Source of the DNA: an uncultured Verrucomicrobiae bacterium
Lineage (GTDB): Bacteria; Verrucomicrobiota; Verrucomicrobiia; Limisphaerales; JAFGQR01
Assembly (NCBI GenBank): GCA_963788655.1
Contig: CAWBHS010000080.1
Coordinates: 1 to 64,000 of the forward strand
Direction of reading: 5' to 3'
DNA: 64,000 bases
In this document: positions 53,416 through 63,980 of the stretch, piece after piece
How the letters are laid out: the number at the start of each line of letters is the position of its first letter
Position numbering within the stretch: the stretch's first letter is position 1
Made by a program: the position numbers and the translations under genes
The notes under the pieces: generated by a model
Seen by the model: the letters and a program-made list of their open reading frames with translations, nothing else
What the model was told of the DNA's origin: nothing
Databases searched by the model: none

Positions 53416-54360
53416 ATGAAGCTTTTTAAGAATATCCATCCCCTCGTTCTGTTGATCGTGGCCGTTTCTTTGCCACTTCCAGCTCCGGCTGCGAGCCCGG
53501 TCGTTCCTCTGTTGCAGGCCCACGCGCACAATGATTACGCCCACGCGCACCCACTGCACGATGCGTTGGGTCAGGGCTTTTGTGGCGTCGAAGCTGACGT
53601 GTGGTTGGTGGATGGTCAATTGCTCGTGGCGCATGACCGTCGTCAGGTCCGCCCTGACCGCACTTTGCAGGCGCTTTACCTTGATCCGTTGCGGGAGCGG
53701 GTTCGGGAAAACGGGGGTCGTGTTTATCCGGATGGTCCGTCGATAACTTTGTTAATTGATCTGAAGTCGGACGCGGTTGCGACCTATCAAACGCTTGAGA
53801 AAATCCTGGAACCCTATCATCCCGTCCTGACGCGCTTTGAATCCAAGCGCACCGAAACCAATGCCGTCACTGTGGTTGTTTCGGGCAACCGACCGAAAGA
53901 TTTGATGCTATCCGAGCGTATGCGGTGGGCCGGCTACGATGGCCGTCTGGCGGACCTGGACACGGGATGGTCGCCGCACTTCATGCCCCTGGTAAGTGAC
54001 AACTGGACGCTGCATTTCCAGTGGCGTGGCCGGGGTGAAATGTCAGCCGCAGACCAACGCAAGCTGAGTGACCTGGTGGCCAAAGCGCATCATCAGGGGT
54101 ACCGGTTGCGGTTTTGGTCGATTCCAGATTTCCCGGCCGGCTGGCGTGTTTTGCAGGACGCGGGCGTTGATTTGATCAATACGGACAATCTGGCCGGCTT
54201 CGCCAAATTCAGTGCCGAGGAGCGAGCGAAATCCCCAAGTGATTCGCTGACTTCCCCGCTTTTGTCTTTCCCCGGGGCTCTGCCCTCCGCATGCTGGCGT
54301 CATGTCAGGTCTGATCGCTATCGTAGGCCGGCCCAATGTGGGCAAGTCGGCGCTGTTTAA
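53416..54360 (+). CDS. Secreted PLC-like / glycerophosphodiester phosphodiesterase
   Basis: AHAHNDY, GVEADVW, LLVAHD, LLIDLK, VSGNRP, GVDLINTD. Confidence 0.85.
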   Translation: MKLFKNIHPLVLLIVAVSLPLPAPAASPVVPLLQAHAHNDYAHAHPLHDALGQGFCGVEADVWLVDGQLLVAHDRRQVRPDRTLQALYLDPLRERVRENGGRVYPDGPSITLLIDLKSDAVATYQTLEKILEPYHPVLTRFESKRTETNAVTVVVSGNRPKDLMLSERMRWAGYDGRLADLDTGWSPHFMPLVSDNWTLHFQWRGRGEMSAADQRKLSDLVAKAHHQGYRLRFWSIPDFPAGWRVLQDAGVDLINTDNLAGFAKFSAEERAKSPSDSLTSPLLSFPGALPSACWRHVRSDRYRRPAQCGQVGAV

Positions 54361-55804
54361 TCGCATCGTCGGGCGCCGCATTGCCATTGTCCACGACCAA
54401 CCCGGCGTCACCCGCGACCGCATCAGTGCCGAAGCCGAATGGCGCGGTCGGCCCTTTACCCTCGTGGACACCGGCGGGTTGGGATTGTTGCAGCGGGAGA
54501 AAGCGGGCGATGCCCTTGTCCAGGCTGCCTTCGACCAAGTGCAAGTGGCCATCGACGCGGCCCAGGTTGTCCTGTTCGTCGTCAATGTGCAGGAGGGCAT
54601 TGTGCCACTGGATCGCGAGGTGGCGAACCAGTTGCGGCAAGCCGGCAAGGCGGTCGTGGTGGTGGTGAACAAGGTGGATACAGTCCAGGTCGAACTGGGC
54701 GCGACCGAGTTTGCCGAATTGGGATTTGATACCATCCTCCCCATTGCGGCGATTCACGGGCGCGGCATTGACCCGCTGATGAGAACTGCGGTGGCCCTGC
54801 TGCCGGTCGCCACCGACGACCAGGGGACGGAATCGCCCGCCCGCCAACCTATGTCGGCGGTCAAGCTGGCGATCGTCGGCCGGCCGAATGTGGGAAAATC
54901 CTCAATCATCAATGCCCTCACCCAATCCGAGCGGGTGATTGTCAGCGCGATCCCTGGCACGACGCGCGACGCCGTGGATGTCCCGTTCGAGGTGGAGACC
55001 GACGGCGTCCGCGAACCCTACATCCTCATCGACACCGCCGGCATGCGCAAAGCGCGCCGGGTGGGTGACTCAATTGAGTTTTTCAGCGTAAAACGGGCCG
55101 AAGATTCCATCGCCCGCAGCGACATTGTCGTGCTGGTGATCGATGCCGAACAGGGCGTTTCCGAGCAGGATAAAAAGATTGGTGATCGGATCGTGGACGG
55201 CCGCAAAGCCTGCATTGTGGTGGTGAACAAATGGGATTTGTTTGCCGACGACGTCCGCCAGGCGCAGGCCAAGGTCGCGGCGCAGTCTCGCAAAAAGACT
55301 CGGCCCGAGAACGCCGTTCAGAGGCACTCCCTGGCGGAGTTTGGTCAGTGGGTGCAGCAACATCTCTTTTTCCTGGACTATGCTCCGGTGATTTTCACCT
55401 CGGCCACATCGGGGTTCAATCTGGAGCGTTTGCTGGAAGCCATCCGGTATGTCTCCGCCCAATTGCGGCAGTCCATCCCGACCGCCCTTTTGAACCGGAC
55501 CTTGCACAACGCAGTCGAGCGGCGCCAGCCCGCCAGCGCTTCTGGGCATCGGCTGAAGTTCTTTTACGCCACCCAGGTCCGGTCCGCACCGCCCACATTC
55601 CTGCTGTTCGTGAATCGCAAGGAATTGTTTTCGGATCAGTACAAGAAACATCTGACGCGGGAAATGCGTCAGGCCTTCGGATATGAAGGCTGCCCGTTGC
55701 TCTTGGTGCCCAAAGACCGGCCCAAGACCGTGGAGTCAAAATCACCGGTCCGACGCAAACGGCCGGGCGCAGCGAAGAGGGTTTGGCGGCCGGATCATGA
55801 GTAA
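54302..55804 (+). CDS. der: Ribosome biogenesis GTPase Der (EngA)
   Basis: Two GRPNVGKS P-loops, GVTRD/GTTRD, DTGG/DTAG, NKVD/NKWD, C-terminal KFFYATQV..PPTF. Confidence 0.97.
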   Translation: MSGLIAIVGRPNVGKSALFNRIVGRRIAIVHDQPGVTRDRISAEAEWRGRPFTLVDTGGLGLLQREKAGDALVQAAFDQVQVAIDAAQVVLFVVNVQEGIVPLDREVANQLRQAGKAVVVVVNKVDTVQVELGATEFAELGFDTILPIAAIHGRGIDPLMRTAVALLPVATDDQGTESPARQPMSAVKLAIVGRPNVGKSSIINALTQSERVIVSAIPGTTRDAVDVPFEVETDGVREPYILIDTAGMRKARRVGDSIEFFSVKRAEDSIARSDIVVLVIDAEQGVSEQDKKIGDRIVDGRKACIVVVNKWDLFADDVRQAQAKVAAQSRKKTRPENAVQRHSLAEFGQWVQQHLFFLDYAPVIFTSATSGFNLERLLEAIRYVSAQLRQSIPTALLNRTLHNAVERRQPASASGHRLKFFYATQVRSAPPTFLLFVNRKELFSDQYKKHLTREMRQAFGYEGCPLLLVPKDRPKTVESKSPVRRKRPGAAKRVWRPDHE

Positions 55805-55814
55805 AGCTGCGTGC

Positions 55815-56178
55815 AACGTGCTGCTGGCGTCCCGCCGGCAAAAACGAACGCGGCAAGTGCGCTCGATCATATAACCTCAGTTCGAAAGTGATATTTCCGT
55901 TCGAATTGCCGGCAAGATGCCGGCAGCACGCTGGCATAACGTGCTGCTGGCGTCTCGCCGGCAGAATCGGATGCGGCAAGTGCGCTCGATCATATAACCT
56001 CGGTTCGAAAGTGATATCTCCGTTCGATCTGCCGGCAAGATGCCGGCAGCACGCTGGCATAACGTGCTGCCGGCATCTTGCCGGCAGAATCGGACGCGGC
56101 AAGTGCGCTCGATCATATAACCTCAGTTCGAAAGTGATATTTCCGTTCGATCTGCTGGCAGGATGCCGGCAGCACGTT
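55815..56178. repeat. Three tandem 123-bp family B doublets
   Basis: Units start at 55815, 55938 and 56061 with near-identical interiors. Confidence 0.92.
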
Positions 56179-56304
56179 CCTTGCTGACATGCCGTGCGTA
56201 GATTCAAAACGCTGGTTCTTCGCCAGCGAAGTCTGTCCCCGCCAGCGATGGTTTCGTGAAATTTTGCGCTTGGCGAACTGGCTCCCGCGCGCTCAGATGC
56301 AGTC

Positions 56305-58395
56305 ATGCAAGCTACAATCTTCCCGCTCGCCGTTTGCCTGAGCCTGACCACCGGTCCGCTGGTGGCCGACCAAGTCCTTTTCGATTTTGGCCGCAACTTC
56401 GACCGCACTAAAGCCACCGTATCCGATGCCACCATTACGCCGATGAAGTCGGGCGCGAAGACCGTGCTCCGGATCGCCACCGGTCACGAACGGCCGTGGC
56501 CGGGCGCCACTTTGGCGGCTCCCGACGGACATTGGGATTTGTCGCCGTTTGGGCATGTCGCTCTTGACGTCCGCAACACCGGCTCCGAACGCGTCACGGT
56601 CCATTGTCGCGTCGATAATCCCGGCGCGGATGGCACCCGACATTGTGTCACCGGTTCAATCGGATTGAATCCCGGCGAAGCGGGCACCTTGAAAGTGATT
56701 CTGAAACGCACGGCTAGCGACAAGTTGGACGGCAAACTATTTGGCCTGCGCGGCTATCCGGTGTCGGCCGGTGGTCCCGGCACGGTGAACGCCTCGAACA
56801 TCACCCAATTGCTCGTCTTCGTGAGCCAGCCCAAAGCCGACCATGTTTTCGAAATCGACAACCTTCGCGCCGAAGGCCGTTACACCCCGCCGACCGCCTG
56901 GGTCACCGACGCCGATCCGTATTTCCCGATGATCGACACCTTCGGCCAATACCGGCACAAGGATTGGCCGGGCAAAGTGCATTCGCTGACGGAACTCAAA
57001 CAACGCCGCGAACAGGAGGCCCAGGAACTCGCGGCCGCTCCCGGACCGAAGAATTGGTGTGAATACGGCGGCTGGACGGCGGGTCCGACGTTGAAAGCCA
57101 CCGGCTTCTTCCGCACCGAAAAGTATCACGGCAAATGGTGGTTCGTCGATCCGCACGGGCATTTGTTCTGGTCGCACGGCGTTGATTGCGTGCGGATGAT
57201 CGACACCACGCCCATCGACGAGCGCGAGACTTGGTTTGCGGATTTTCCCGGCAAGGAAACTGACTTCCGGGAGTTTCTCTCCCGCGGGTATGCCTTGAAG
57301 GGCCACTACGCCGGGCGTAGTCCGCAATGTTTTTCCTTTGCCGCCGCCAACCTGAAACGCAAATACGGCGACGACTGGAAACATGCCTATGCCGGCGTCG
57401 CCCACCAACGCCTCCGCAGTTGGGGATTGAACACCATCGCCAACTGGTCTTCAGCGGACGTGTTCCTGATGCGCCGCACCACCTACACGGACACCCTGGG
57501 GTCGCGCGGCGCGAAAATGATCGAAGGCAGCGAAGGCTATTGGGGCAAGTTTCCGGATGTATTTGATCCCAGTTTCGCCGCCAGTGTCCGCCGCGCCATG
57601 GCCGGCAAAAAAAGCAGCAGCGCCAACGATCCCTGGTGCCTCGGCTATTTCTCGGACAACGAAATGTCCTGGGGCGATGAGACCTCGCTGGCGATTGCCG
57701 CCTTGCGCTCACCCGTGGGCCAGGCGGCGAAACAGGAATTCATCGCCGACCTCCAAGCGAAATACGGCGACATCGCCAAGCTGAACGCGGCTTGGGGATC
57801 TGCCCAGGCTTCCTGGGAAGCGCTGGCGGAATCGCGCGAGGCACCGGACCAGAACAAGGCGCACGACGATCTCACGGCATTCTATACCAAATGCGCGGAA
57901 ACCTATTTCCGTACCGTGCATGAAGCCATCAGGGCCGTGGCGCCGAACCAACTTTATCTTGGCTGCCGTTTCGCCTGGGTGAACGAACGGGCTGCCAAAG
58001 CCGCCGCCCGGTATTGCGACGTGGTCAGCTACAATCTCTACCGTCGCAACATCGCCGACTTCCAATATCCCGGCGGCGACAAGCCGCTCATCGTCGGCGA
58101 ATTCCATTTCGGCGCGTTGGATCGCGGCATGTTCCACACCGGTCTGGTGCCCGTGGAAAATCAGGCCGCCCGCGCCCAGGCGTATCGGGATTACGTGCTT
58201 GGCGCGGTGCGGCATCCGCAGTTTGTCGGTACGCACTGGTTCCAGTGGAAAGATGAGCCGACCACCGGCCGGGTGTACGATGAGGAGAATTACCAGATTG
58301 GCTTTCTGAGTGTTGCCGACACGCCTTATGCCGAAACCATCGAAGCCAGCCGCGAAGTAGGCCAGACGCTGTACCAAACCCGGCTCGGAGAATAA
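56305..58395 (+). CDS. GH50 (beta-agarase-like) glycoside hydrolase with N-terminal CBM-like domain
   Basis: IDTFGQY...WPGK, ATGFFRTEK..KWWFVDP, WGLNTIANWS, YFSDNEMSWG, GEFHFGALDRG, HWFQW, ENYQIG. Confidence 0.85.
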   Translation: MQATIFPLAVCLSLTTGPLVADQVLFDFGRNFDRTKATVSDATITPMKSGAKTVLRIATGHERPWPGATLAAPDGHWDLSPFGHVALDVRNTGSERVTVHCRVDNPGADGTRHCVTGSIGLNPGEAGTLKVILKRTASDKLDGKLFGLRGYPVSAGGPGTVNASNITQLLVFVSQPKADHVFEIDNLRAEGRYTPPTAWVTDADPYFPMIDTFGQYRHKDWPGKVHSLTELKQRREQEAQELAAAPGPKNWCEYGGWTAGPTLKATGFFRTEKYHGKWWFVDPHGHLFWSHGVDCVRMIDTTPIDERETWFADFPGKETDFREFLSRGYALKGHYAGRSPQCFSFAAANLKRKYGDDWKHAYAGVAHQRLRSWGLNTIANWSSADVFLMRRTTYTDTLGSRGAKMIEGSEGYWGKFPDVFDPSFAASVRRAMAGKKSSSANDPWCLGYFSDNEMSWGDETSLAIAALRSPVGQAAKQEFIADLQAKYGDIAKLNAAWGSAQASWEALAESREAPDQNKAHDDLTAFYTKCAETYFRTVHEAIRAVAPNQLYLGCRFAWVNERAAKAAARYCDVVSYNLYRRNIADFQYPGGDKPLIVGEFHFGALDRGMFHTGLVPVENQAARAQAYRDYVLGAVRHPQFVGTHWFQWKDEPTTGRVYDEENYQIGFLSVADTPYAETIEASREVGQTLYQTRLGE

Positions 58396-58415
58396 ATTGA
58401 GGACGTCGGTATTTC

Positions 58416-58531
58416 GTAGGACAGGCCTCCCGTCTGTCCCGGATGTTCAATCGGCAATTGGCATTTTTCAGGACGGTCGATAACGATTGGATCTCCCCAG
58501 TTGTTCGGAACCGCCGAGACGGCTGTCCTAC
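58416..58531. repeat. Family C doublet
   Basis: GTAGGACAGGCCTCCCGTCTGTCC ... CCGAGACGGCTGTCCTAC. Confidence 0.8.
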
Positions 58532-58641
58532 CATGAAGGCGCGCCCAGCCAACTGATTCTTCGTTGCCGGACATGCCGCCGTGTCGCGCCCGCAACTCGA
58601 CAATTGTGTTTGCCTGCCGGATGTCCCACACTCGAATCATT

Positions 58642-61600
58642 ATGGCAAGTCCCTTCATTTGGCTTCGTTACGCTGGTTTGGTAGTGCTGCTCACCAGCGC
58701 CCTCACGTTTGGCGCTACGCCGAATTCCCTGTCGCTTCGGCTGCGCAGCTTGCAGCCAGCCCCCGGTGATCCCGCACGTTACGAACCGGTGGACCGGCCC
58801 GCGACCTGGGACGCGCCGCACACCGCCGCCGTGATCTGTGACATGTGGAATCAGCATTGGTGCCAAGGCGCGACTGCGCGGGTGGCGGAAATGGCGCCGC
58901 GCATGAATGACGTGATCAAAGAGTTGCGCCGCCGCGGAGTGCTGATCATTCATTGCCCCAGCGGCACGATGAAGTTTTACGAAGGCACCCCACCGCGGAA
59001 GCGGGCTCAATCGGCACCCAAGGTGACGCCCCGCGTGCCGTTGCAAGGTTGGTGCAACCTCGACCCGAAACGGGAAGCGCCCCTGCCGATCGACGATTCG
59101 GATGGCGGTTGCGATGACGAGCCGCAGTGTAAGCATCCGCCCTATCCCTGGACGCGCCAGATCGCCACACTGGAAATCAAGGACGGCGATGCGATCACCG
59201 ACAGCGCCGAAGCCTATTACCTGATGCGCCAACGCGGCATCACCAACGTCATCGTCATGGGCGTGCATGAAAATATGTGCGTGCTCGGCCGGCCATTCTC
59301 CATTCGGCAGATGGTCAACCAGGGCCAGAATGTCGTGCTGCTGCGCGACCTGACCGACACGATGTATAACTCGCGCCAGCGTCCGTTCGTCGATCATTTC
59401 ACCGGCACCGACTTGGTGGCTTGGCACATCGAAAGATATTGGTGCCCCACCATCACCAGCGACCAGATCGTGGGCGGCAAACCGTTTCGTTTTACGGCCG
59501 ACACACGAGCGCCGCGGCAGTTCAAGGATTACGCGTATTTGTTTACTCCGGACGGTCACCCCGCGGACCGCTACAATGTGGTCTGGACCAGTCCGAGCCA
59601 GGATTCCTCCGGTTCGATGCCGTTGGGCAATGGCGACATCGGGCTGAATTTCTGGGTTGAGGAAAATGGCGACCTGCTGTTCTACCTCAGCAAGAGCGAC
59701 GCTTGGGACGAGAAAGATCACCTCGACAAACTGGGGCGGGTGCGCGTGAGACTGTCGCCCAATCCTTTCCAAGCGGGTTCGCCCTTCCGGCAGGAACTCA
59801 AGCTCAGTCAGGGCGAAATCGAAGTCCGCGCCGGCGAACCGGATGCGGCGATCACGCTGCGCGCTTGGGTGGATGCCAATCATCCCGTGGTCCATCTCGA
59901 AGCCGAAGGTGAACAACCGTTCAACCTGCAAGCAAATCTGGAAATCTGGCGCACCAAGGAACGAACCCTTTCGCCCGAAGAAGCCAATGGCGTGGACCAC
60001 TTTGCCAAAGACGAACCGCCCAAAGCGTATCCCGACCAAGTGGTCACCGACCAAGCTGACCGGGTCATTTGGTATCATCGCGACGAACGCTCAATCTGGG
60101 CGGCCACGCTCGCTCACCAGGGTTTGGCTGGTCTGACCAATCAGTTCAAAGATCCGCTGCTACACCGCACCTTTGGCGGGACAATGAAAAGCGACGGACT
60201 TGTGAAAGCCGGCGCCACTCAATTGAAATCAAAGCAGGCGGCAAAGCATTTCGTCCTCTCCATCTACGCGCTCACGGCGCAGACCCCAACGCCGCAAGCT
60301 TGGCTGGACCAGCAAGCCGGCAACGTGGCAGCGATTGACGCGATTGATTTAAGCCAGGCGCGCCAGGCTCATCGCCAATGGTGGCGCGATTTTTGGAATC
60401 GCAGTTGGATCCGCGTCACCGCTTCGGGCAGCGACCACCTGATGGCGCGCGCAATCACCCCTAACCAATTCCCCTTGCGCATTGGCGCCGACAGCGACGG
60501 CCAAAACCGCTTCCGCGGTGAACTGGGCCGCGTGGCCGTGTACGATCGCGCCCTCAATAGCGAAGAAATTACGGCGCTGGCCAAAACCAAGTCTATACCC
60601 GCCAAGCGGCCGGCTGGTTGCGTTTGGGAATGGCTGTTCAGCCGCGGGTCGGCCGGCGATAGCTCAAGCTTGCTCAATGATGCTGCGGTTCCCAAAGCAG
60701 TTGGCCAATTTGAAACGAAGGAAAACGCCGCGGAATCCGGGGGGTGCAGCATTCAATTCAATGGCCAAGGTTACTATGAAATTCCTTCGGCACCAGCCAC
60801 GGACTTAACGAATGCAGTCACGCTTGAAGCCTGGATCAAACCCGATCAGTTGCCGCCCGGTGGCGGCCGCATCCTCGACAAATCCAAGGCCGGCACCTCG
60901 AACGGTTACCTGCTTGATACGTATCCCGGTAATTCGCTCCGGTTGATCGTTGAAGATGGCACTTTGACTTGCGACGCCAAACTGCCCACGAACCGATGGT
61001 CGCACGTCGCCGCCGTCTTTGATGCGCACACCGGCGAAAAGAAGCTGTATCTCGATGGCAAAGTTGTGGCCACTGGCGGCCAAGACCAAAGGTCGCGCCC
61101 CGATGACCAAATCGTTTCCCAAGGCTACGCGCTCCAGCGGTTCATCAATGCCTGCGCCGGACGCGGCGGCTCGCCCATCAAGTTCAACGGGTCGATCTTC
61201 ACGGTCGATGTGCCGGGCAAGTTTGACGGCGATTACCGCCGGTGGGGTGGCTGTTACTGGTTTCAGAACACGCGCCTGCCGTACTGGCCGATGCTGGCCG
61301 CCGGTGATTTCGACCTGATGCAACCGCTGTTCAAGATGTATCGCGACGCCCTGCCGTTGGCCCGTGCCCGCACGCTGGTTTACTACCGTCACGATGGCGC
61401 GTTCTTCCCGGAAACGATGCACTGGTGGGGCGCGTATCACAACGGCGGCATGGGCTACGGCTGGGACCGTGCCGGCGAACCATTGGGGCGTACGGTGAAC
61501 CGCTACATCCGCTTCTACTGGTCGGGCGGGCTGGAGTTACTGGCCATGATGCTCGACCACTTCGCGTTCACGCAGGACCGCGTCTTCCTTCAAAACACGC

Positions 61601-62397
61601 TGTTGCCGCACGCGGAGGCCGTGCTCGAATTTTACGCCAAACATTACCCCCACGAACCGAGCGGCCGGATTCTGTTTGCGCCCGCGCAATCGTTGGAAAC
61701 CTGGTGGGAATGCGAGAATCCCATGCCGGTGGTCGCGGGTTTACGCTGCGTGCTGAAGCAACTGCTGGCCTTGCCGGTGGGGCAAGTTGGCGAGGGACAA
61801 ATGGAGGATTGGAAGAAGTTGCAAACCCGGTTGCCGCCCATTCCACGGCGCGAACTGGCCGGGCAACCGGCGCTGTCGCCGGCGGAAGCGTACCGGTCGC
61901 AACACAACATGGAGAATCCCGAATTGTACGCCGTGTTTCCCTACCGGCATTATGGCGTGGGGAAACCCGAGCTGGACATGGCGCGCTGGTCCTTTGCCCA
62001 TCGCCAGTTCAAGGGAAATCGCGGCTGGCAGCAGGATGACACGCAAGCCGCGTTCCTGGGCTTGGCGGACGAAGCCCGCCGGATGGTGGCGAGCCGTTTT
62101 TCCAATAAGAATCCTGGCAGCCGGTTCCCCGCGTTTTGGGGACCGAACTTCGACTGGATTCCCGATCAGGACCACGGCGCCAACGGCCTGATGGCTCTGC
62201 AAACCATGCTGCTCCAGTGGGACGGCCGGAAGATGTTCCTGTTCCCGGCTTGGCCCAAAAACTGGGACGTGGAATTCAAACTGCACGCGCCGTTCAACAC
62301 GACCGTGGAAGGCACTTGGCGTGGTGGCCGATTGCTTTATATGAAAGTCAGTCCACCCGAACGCAAACCCGACCTGGTGCAAATGACGCCCCAGTAG
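58642..62397 (+). CDS. Isochorismatase-like domain + DUF5703 + LamG + GH95-like (alpha/alpha)6 hydrolase fusion
   Basis: VICDMWNQHWC, GVHENMCV; YNVVWTSPS..SMPLGNGD; VTLEAWIKP..WSHVAAVFD; PIKFNGS, WFQNTR, QSLET, ENPELY, PDQDH, LFPAWP. Confidence 0.85.
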   Translation: MASPFIWLRYAGLVVLLTSALTFGATPNSLSLRLRSLQPAPGDPARYEPVDRPATWDAPHTAAVICDMWNQHWCQGATARVAEMAPRMNDVIKELRRRGVLIIHCPSGTMKFYEGTPPRKRAQSAPKVTPRVPLQGWCNLDPKREAPLPIDDSDGGCDDEPQCKHPPYPWTRQIATLEIKDGDAITDSAEAYYLMRQRGITNVIVMGVHENMCVLGRPFSIRQMVNQGQNVVLLRDLTDTMYNSRQRPFVDHFTGTDLVAWHIERYWCPTITSDQIVGGKPFRFTADTRAPRQFKDYAYLFTPDGHPADRYNVVWTSPSQDSSGSMPLGNGDIGLNFWVEENGDLLFYLSKSDAWDEKDHLDKLGRVRVRLSPNPFQAGSPFRQELKLSQGEIEVRAGEPDAAITLRAWVDANHPVVHLEAEGEQPFNLQANLEIWRTKERTLSPEEANGVDHFAKDEPPKAYPDQVVTDQADRVIWYHRDERSIWAATLAHQGLAGLTNQFKDPLLHRTFGGTMKSDGLVKAGATQLKSKQAAKHFVLSIYALTAQTPTPQAWLDQQAGNVAAIDAIDLSQARQAHRQWWRDFWNRSWIRVTASGSDHLMARAITPNQFPLRIGADSDGQNRFRGELGRVAVYDRALNSEEITALAKTKSIPAKRPAGCVWEWLFSRGSAGDSSSLLNDAAVPKAVGQFETKENAAESGGCSIQFNGQGYYEIPSAPATDLTNAVTLEAWIKPDQLPPGGGRILDKSKAGTSNGYLLDTYPGNSLRLIVEDGTLTCDAKLPTNRWSHVAAVFDAHTGEKKLYLDGKVVATGGQDQRSRPDDQIVSQGYALQRFINACAGRGGSPIKFNGSIFTVDVPGKFDGDYRRWGGCYWFQNTRLPYWPMLAAGDFDLMQPLFKMYRDALPLARARTLVYYRHDGAFFPETMHWWGAYHNGGMGYGWDRAGEPLGRTVNRYIRFYWSGGLELLAMMLDHFAFTQDRVFLQNTLLPHAEAVLEFYAKHYPHEPSGRILFAPAQSLETWWECENPMPVVAGLRCVLKQLLALPVGQVGEGQMEDWKKLQTRLPPIPRRELAGQPALSPAEAYRSQHNMENPELYAVFPYRHYGVGKPELDMARWSFAHRQFKGNRGWQQDDTQAAFLGLADEARRMVASRFSNKNPGSRFPAFWGPNFDWIPDQDHGANGLMALQTMLLQWDGRKMFLFPAWPKNWDVEFKLHAPFNTTVEGTWRGGRLLYMKVSPPERKPDLVQMTPQ

Positions 62398-62403
62398 CAA
62401 ACG

Positions 62404-62520
62404 GTAGGACAGGCGTCCCGCCGGTCCCGGATTTCCAAAGAACGTCCGCCCTTGAAGACAACGCAGCATGACGAGTGAACGTTTTGGGGAAGTCCGGGAC
62501 AACCGGTACGGCTGTCCTAC
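62404..62520. repeat. Family C doublet
   Basis: GTAGGACAGGCGTCCCGCCGGTCC ... GGACAACCGGTACGGCTGTCCTAC. Confidence 0.8.
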
Positions 62521-62609
62521 ACCGGTGTCCCGCCCAATACTGCCTTCCCTCCAGCGTTCGTTTATCCAAGCGTGAATTCCAACCCTGTTTACCCCATGAT
62601 GCTCAGGCA

Positions 62610-63980
62610 ATGAGCACGTCAACCGCGAGTGCATCGCCCGCCCCAGACCGGTTTCCCGCCGGCCTGAAGAACGCTTTTGTCTTCGCGATGTTCAACGCGC
62701 TTTCGTTCCAGATGATTGTGGGCAATCCCATGATCCTGTATGCCAAGACGCTGGGAGCCAGCGCGACCACGCTGGGTTTGATTGCCGGCATGCTGCCGTT
62801 GCTGAACGTCTTTCAGATTCCGGCGGCGCGGCACGTGGACCGCATTGGCCACAAGCGGTTTGTCCTGGCGGGTTGGTCCACGCGGGTCATCTTCATTTTT
62901 ATCATGGCGCTGGTGCCGTTGGCGGCGGTGTTTTTGCAGAGTCAAACCCGGCTGGCGCTGATTCTGTTTCTGCTGTTCGCCTTCAATCTTTCTCGCGGCA
63001 TTTCCGTGTGCGGTTGGTTGCCGTGGATTACCGGGGTGATTCCGCCGGCGATCCGGGGACGCTACCTGGCGCTGGAAAGCGGTTGCGTCAACGCCGCCAG
63101 TTGCGTGGCCTTTCTCCTGGCTGCTGGCGTGCTGGGTGTGTCGCCGGCTGAATGGCGGTTTTCCTTCCTGTTCTTTTTCAGCGGACTGGCCGGCGTGATC
63201 AGTCTGACGTTCTTGAAACGAATTCCCGAGGCCTCACCACCTCCGGCGGACGTTTCCACCTCCCGGGAACCGGTGCCGTGGCGGGCAATTGCGGGCTATC
63301 GTCCGTTTCGAAAACTACTGCGGATGAACGTGGCTTACAGCCTGGCTTCGGGGGGTGTCATTGCGTTCGTCACGGTGTTCATGCGGGTGGAACTGCGCCT
63401 GGCCGAATCGCTCATTTTGTTGATCACGGCTACCAGTTTTGTCGGAGGGCTGAGCAGTTTGTGGTTGTTGGGCCGGCGTCTGGATCGCTTTGGAAGCAAA
63501 CCGGCGTTGATCCTGTTTCACGGCGTGTGGCTGCTGATCATGGCCGCGTTAACGGCGGTGGCCACACGCGTATTGCCAGCTTGGTTGGGTGTCTTGGTGG
63601 GGCTGCAATTTCTGTTGGGACTCAGTTCCGCCGCCGTGCAGATGGCCAACATGCGGCTGGTGATGGCCACCATTCCGGAACGGGGACGCAGTCATTTCTT
63701 CGCGTTGCAATCGGTCGTGAGCAACGTGTTACTCGGCGTCTCGCCCATTTTCTGGGGCGTGTTGATCGACGCCACCCGGTCGCTGGAGTTCACCTGGCAC
63801 GGGATTTCGATCAACCGGTACGGGCTGTATTTTGCGGCGGCCTTGGTGGTGTTTGTGGTTTCCCTATTCCTGTGCCGGCCGCTGGAGGAAGCGGAATCGC
63901 AGAGCACCGAAGCCATGTTGCGGGACATCCTCACCCGGTCGCGATTGCGCGCCTGGCTGCGTCTCTGGCCCAGAGCCTAA
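62610..63980 (+). CDS. MFS transporter
   Basis: About 12 hydrophobic helices; HVDRIGHK, IRGRY, LGRRLDRFGSKP. Confidence 0.88.
   Translation: MSTSTASASPAPDRFPAGLKNAFVFAMFNALSFQMIVGNPMILYAKTLGASATTLGLIAGMLPLLNVFQIPAARHVDRIGHKRFVLAGWSTRVIFIFIMALVPLAAVFLQSQTRLALILFLLFAFNLSRGISVCGWLPWITGVIPPAIRGRYLALESGCVNAASCVAFLLAAGVLGVSPAEWRFSFLFFFSGLAGVISLTFLKRIPEASPPPADVSTSREPVPWRAIAGYRPFRKLLRMNVAYSLASGGVIAFVTVFMRVELRLAESLILLITATSFVGGLSSLWLLGRRLDRFGSKPALILFHGVWLLIMAALTAVATRVLPAWLGVLVGLQFLLGLSSAAVQMANMRLVMATIPERGRSHFFALQSVVSNVLLGVSPIFWGVLIDATRSLEFTWHGISINRYGLYFAAALVVFVVSLFLCRPLEEAESQSTEAMLRDILTRSRLRAWLRLWPRA

Noticed and set aside
55815..56178. Possible CRISPR array
   Set aside because: The 'spacers' are nearly identical, the unit is 123 bp with inverted arms, and no cas genes are present.
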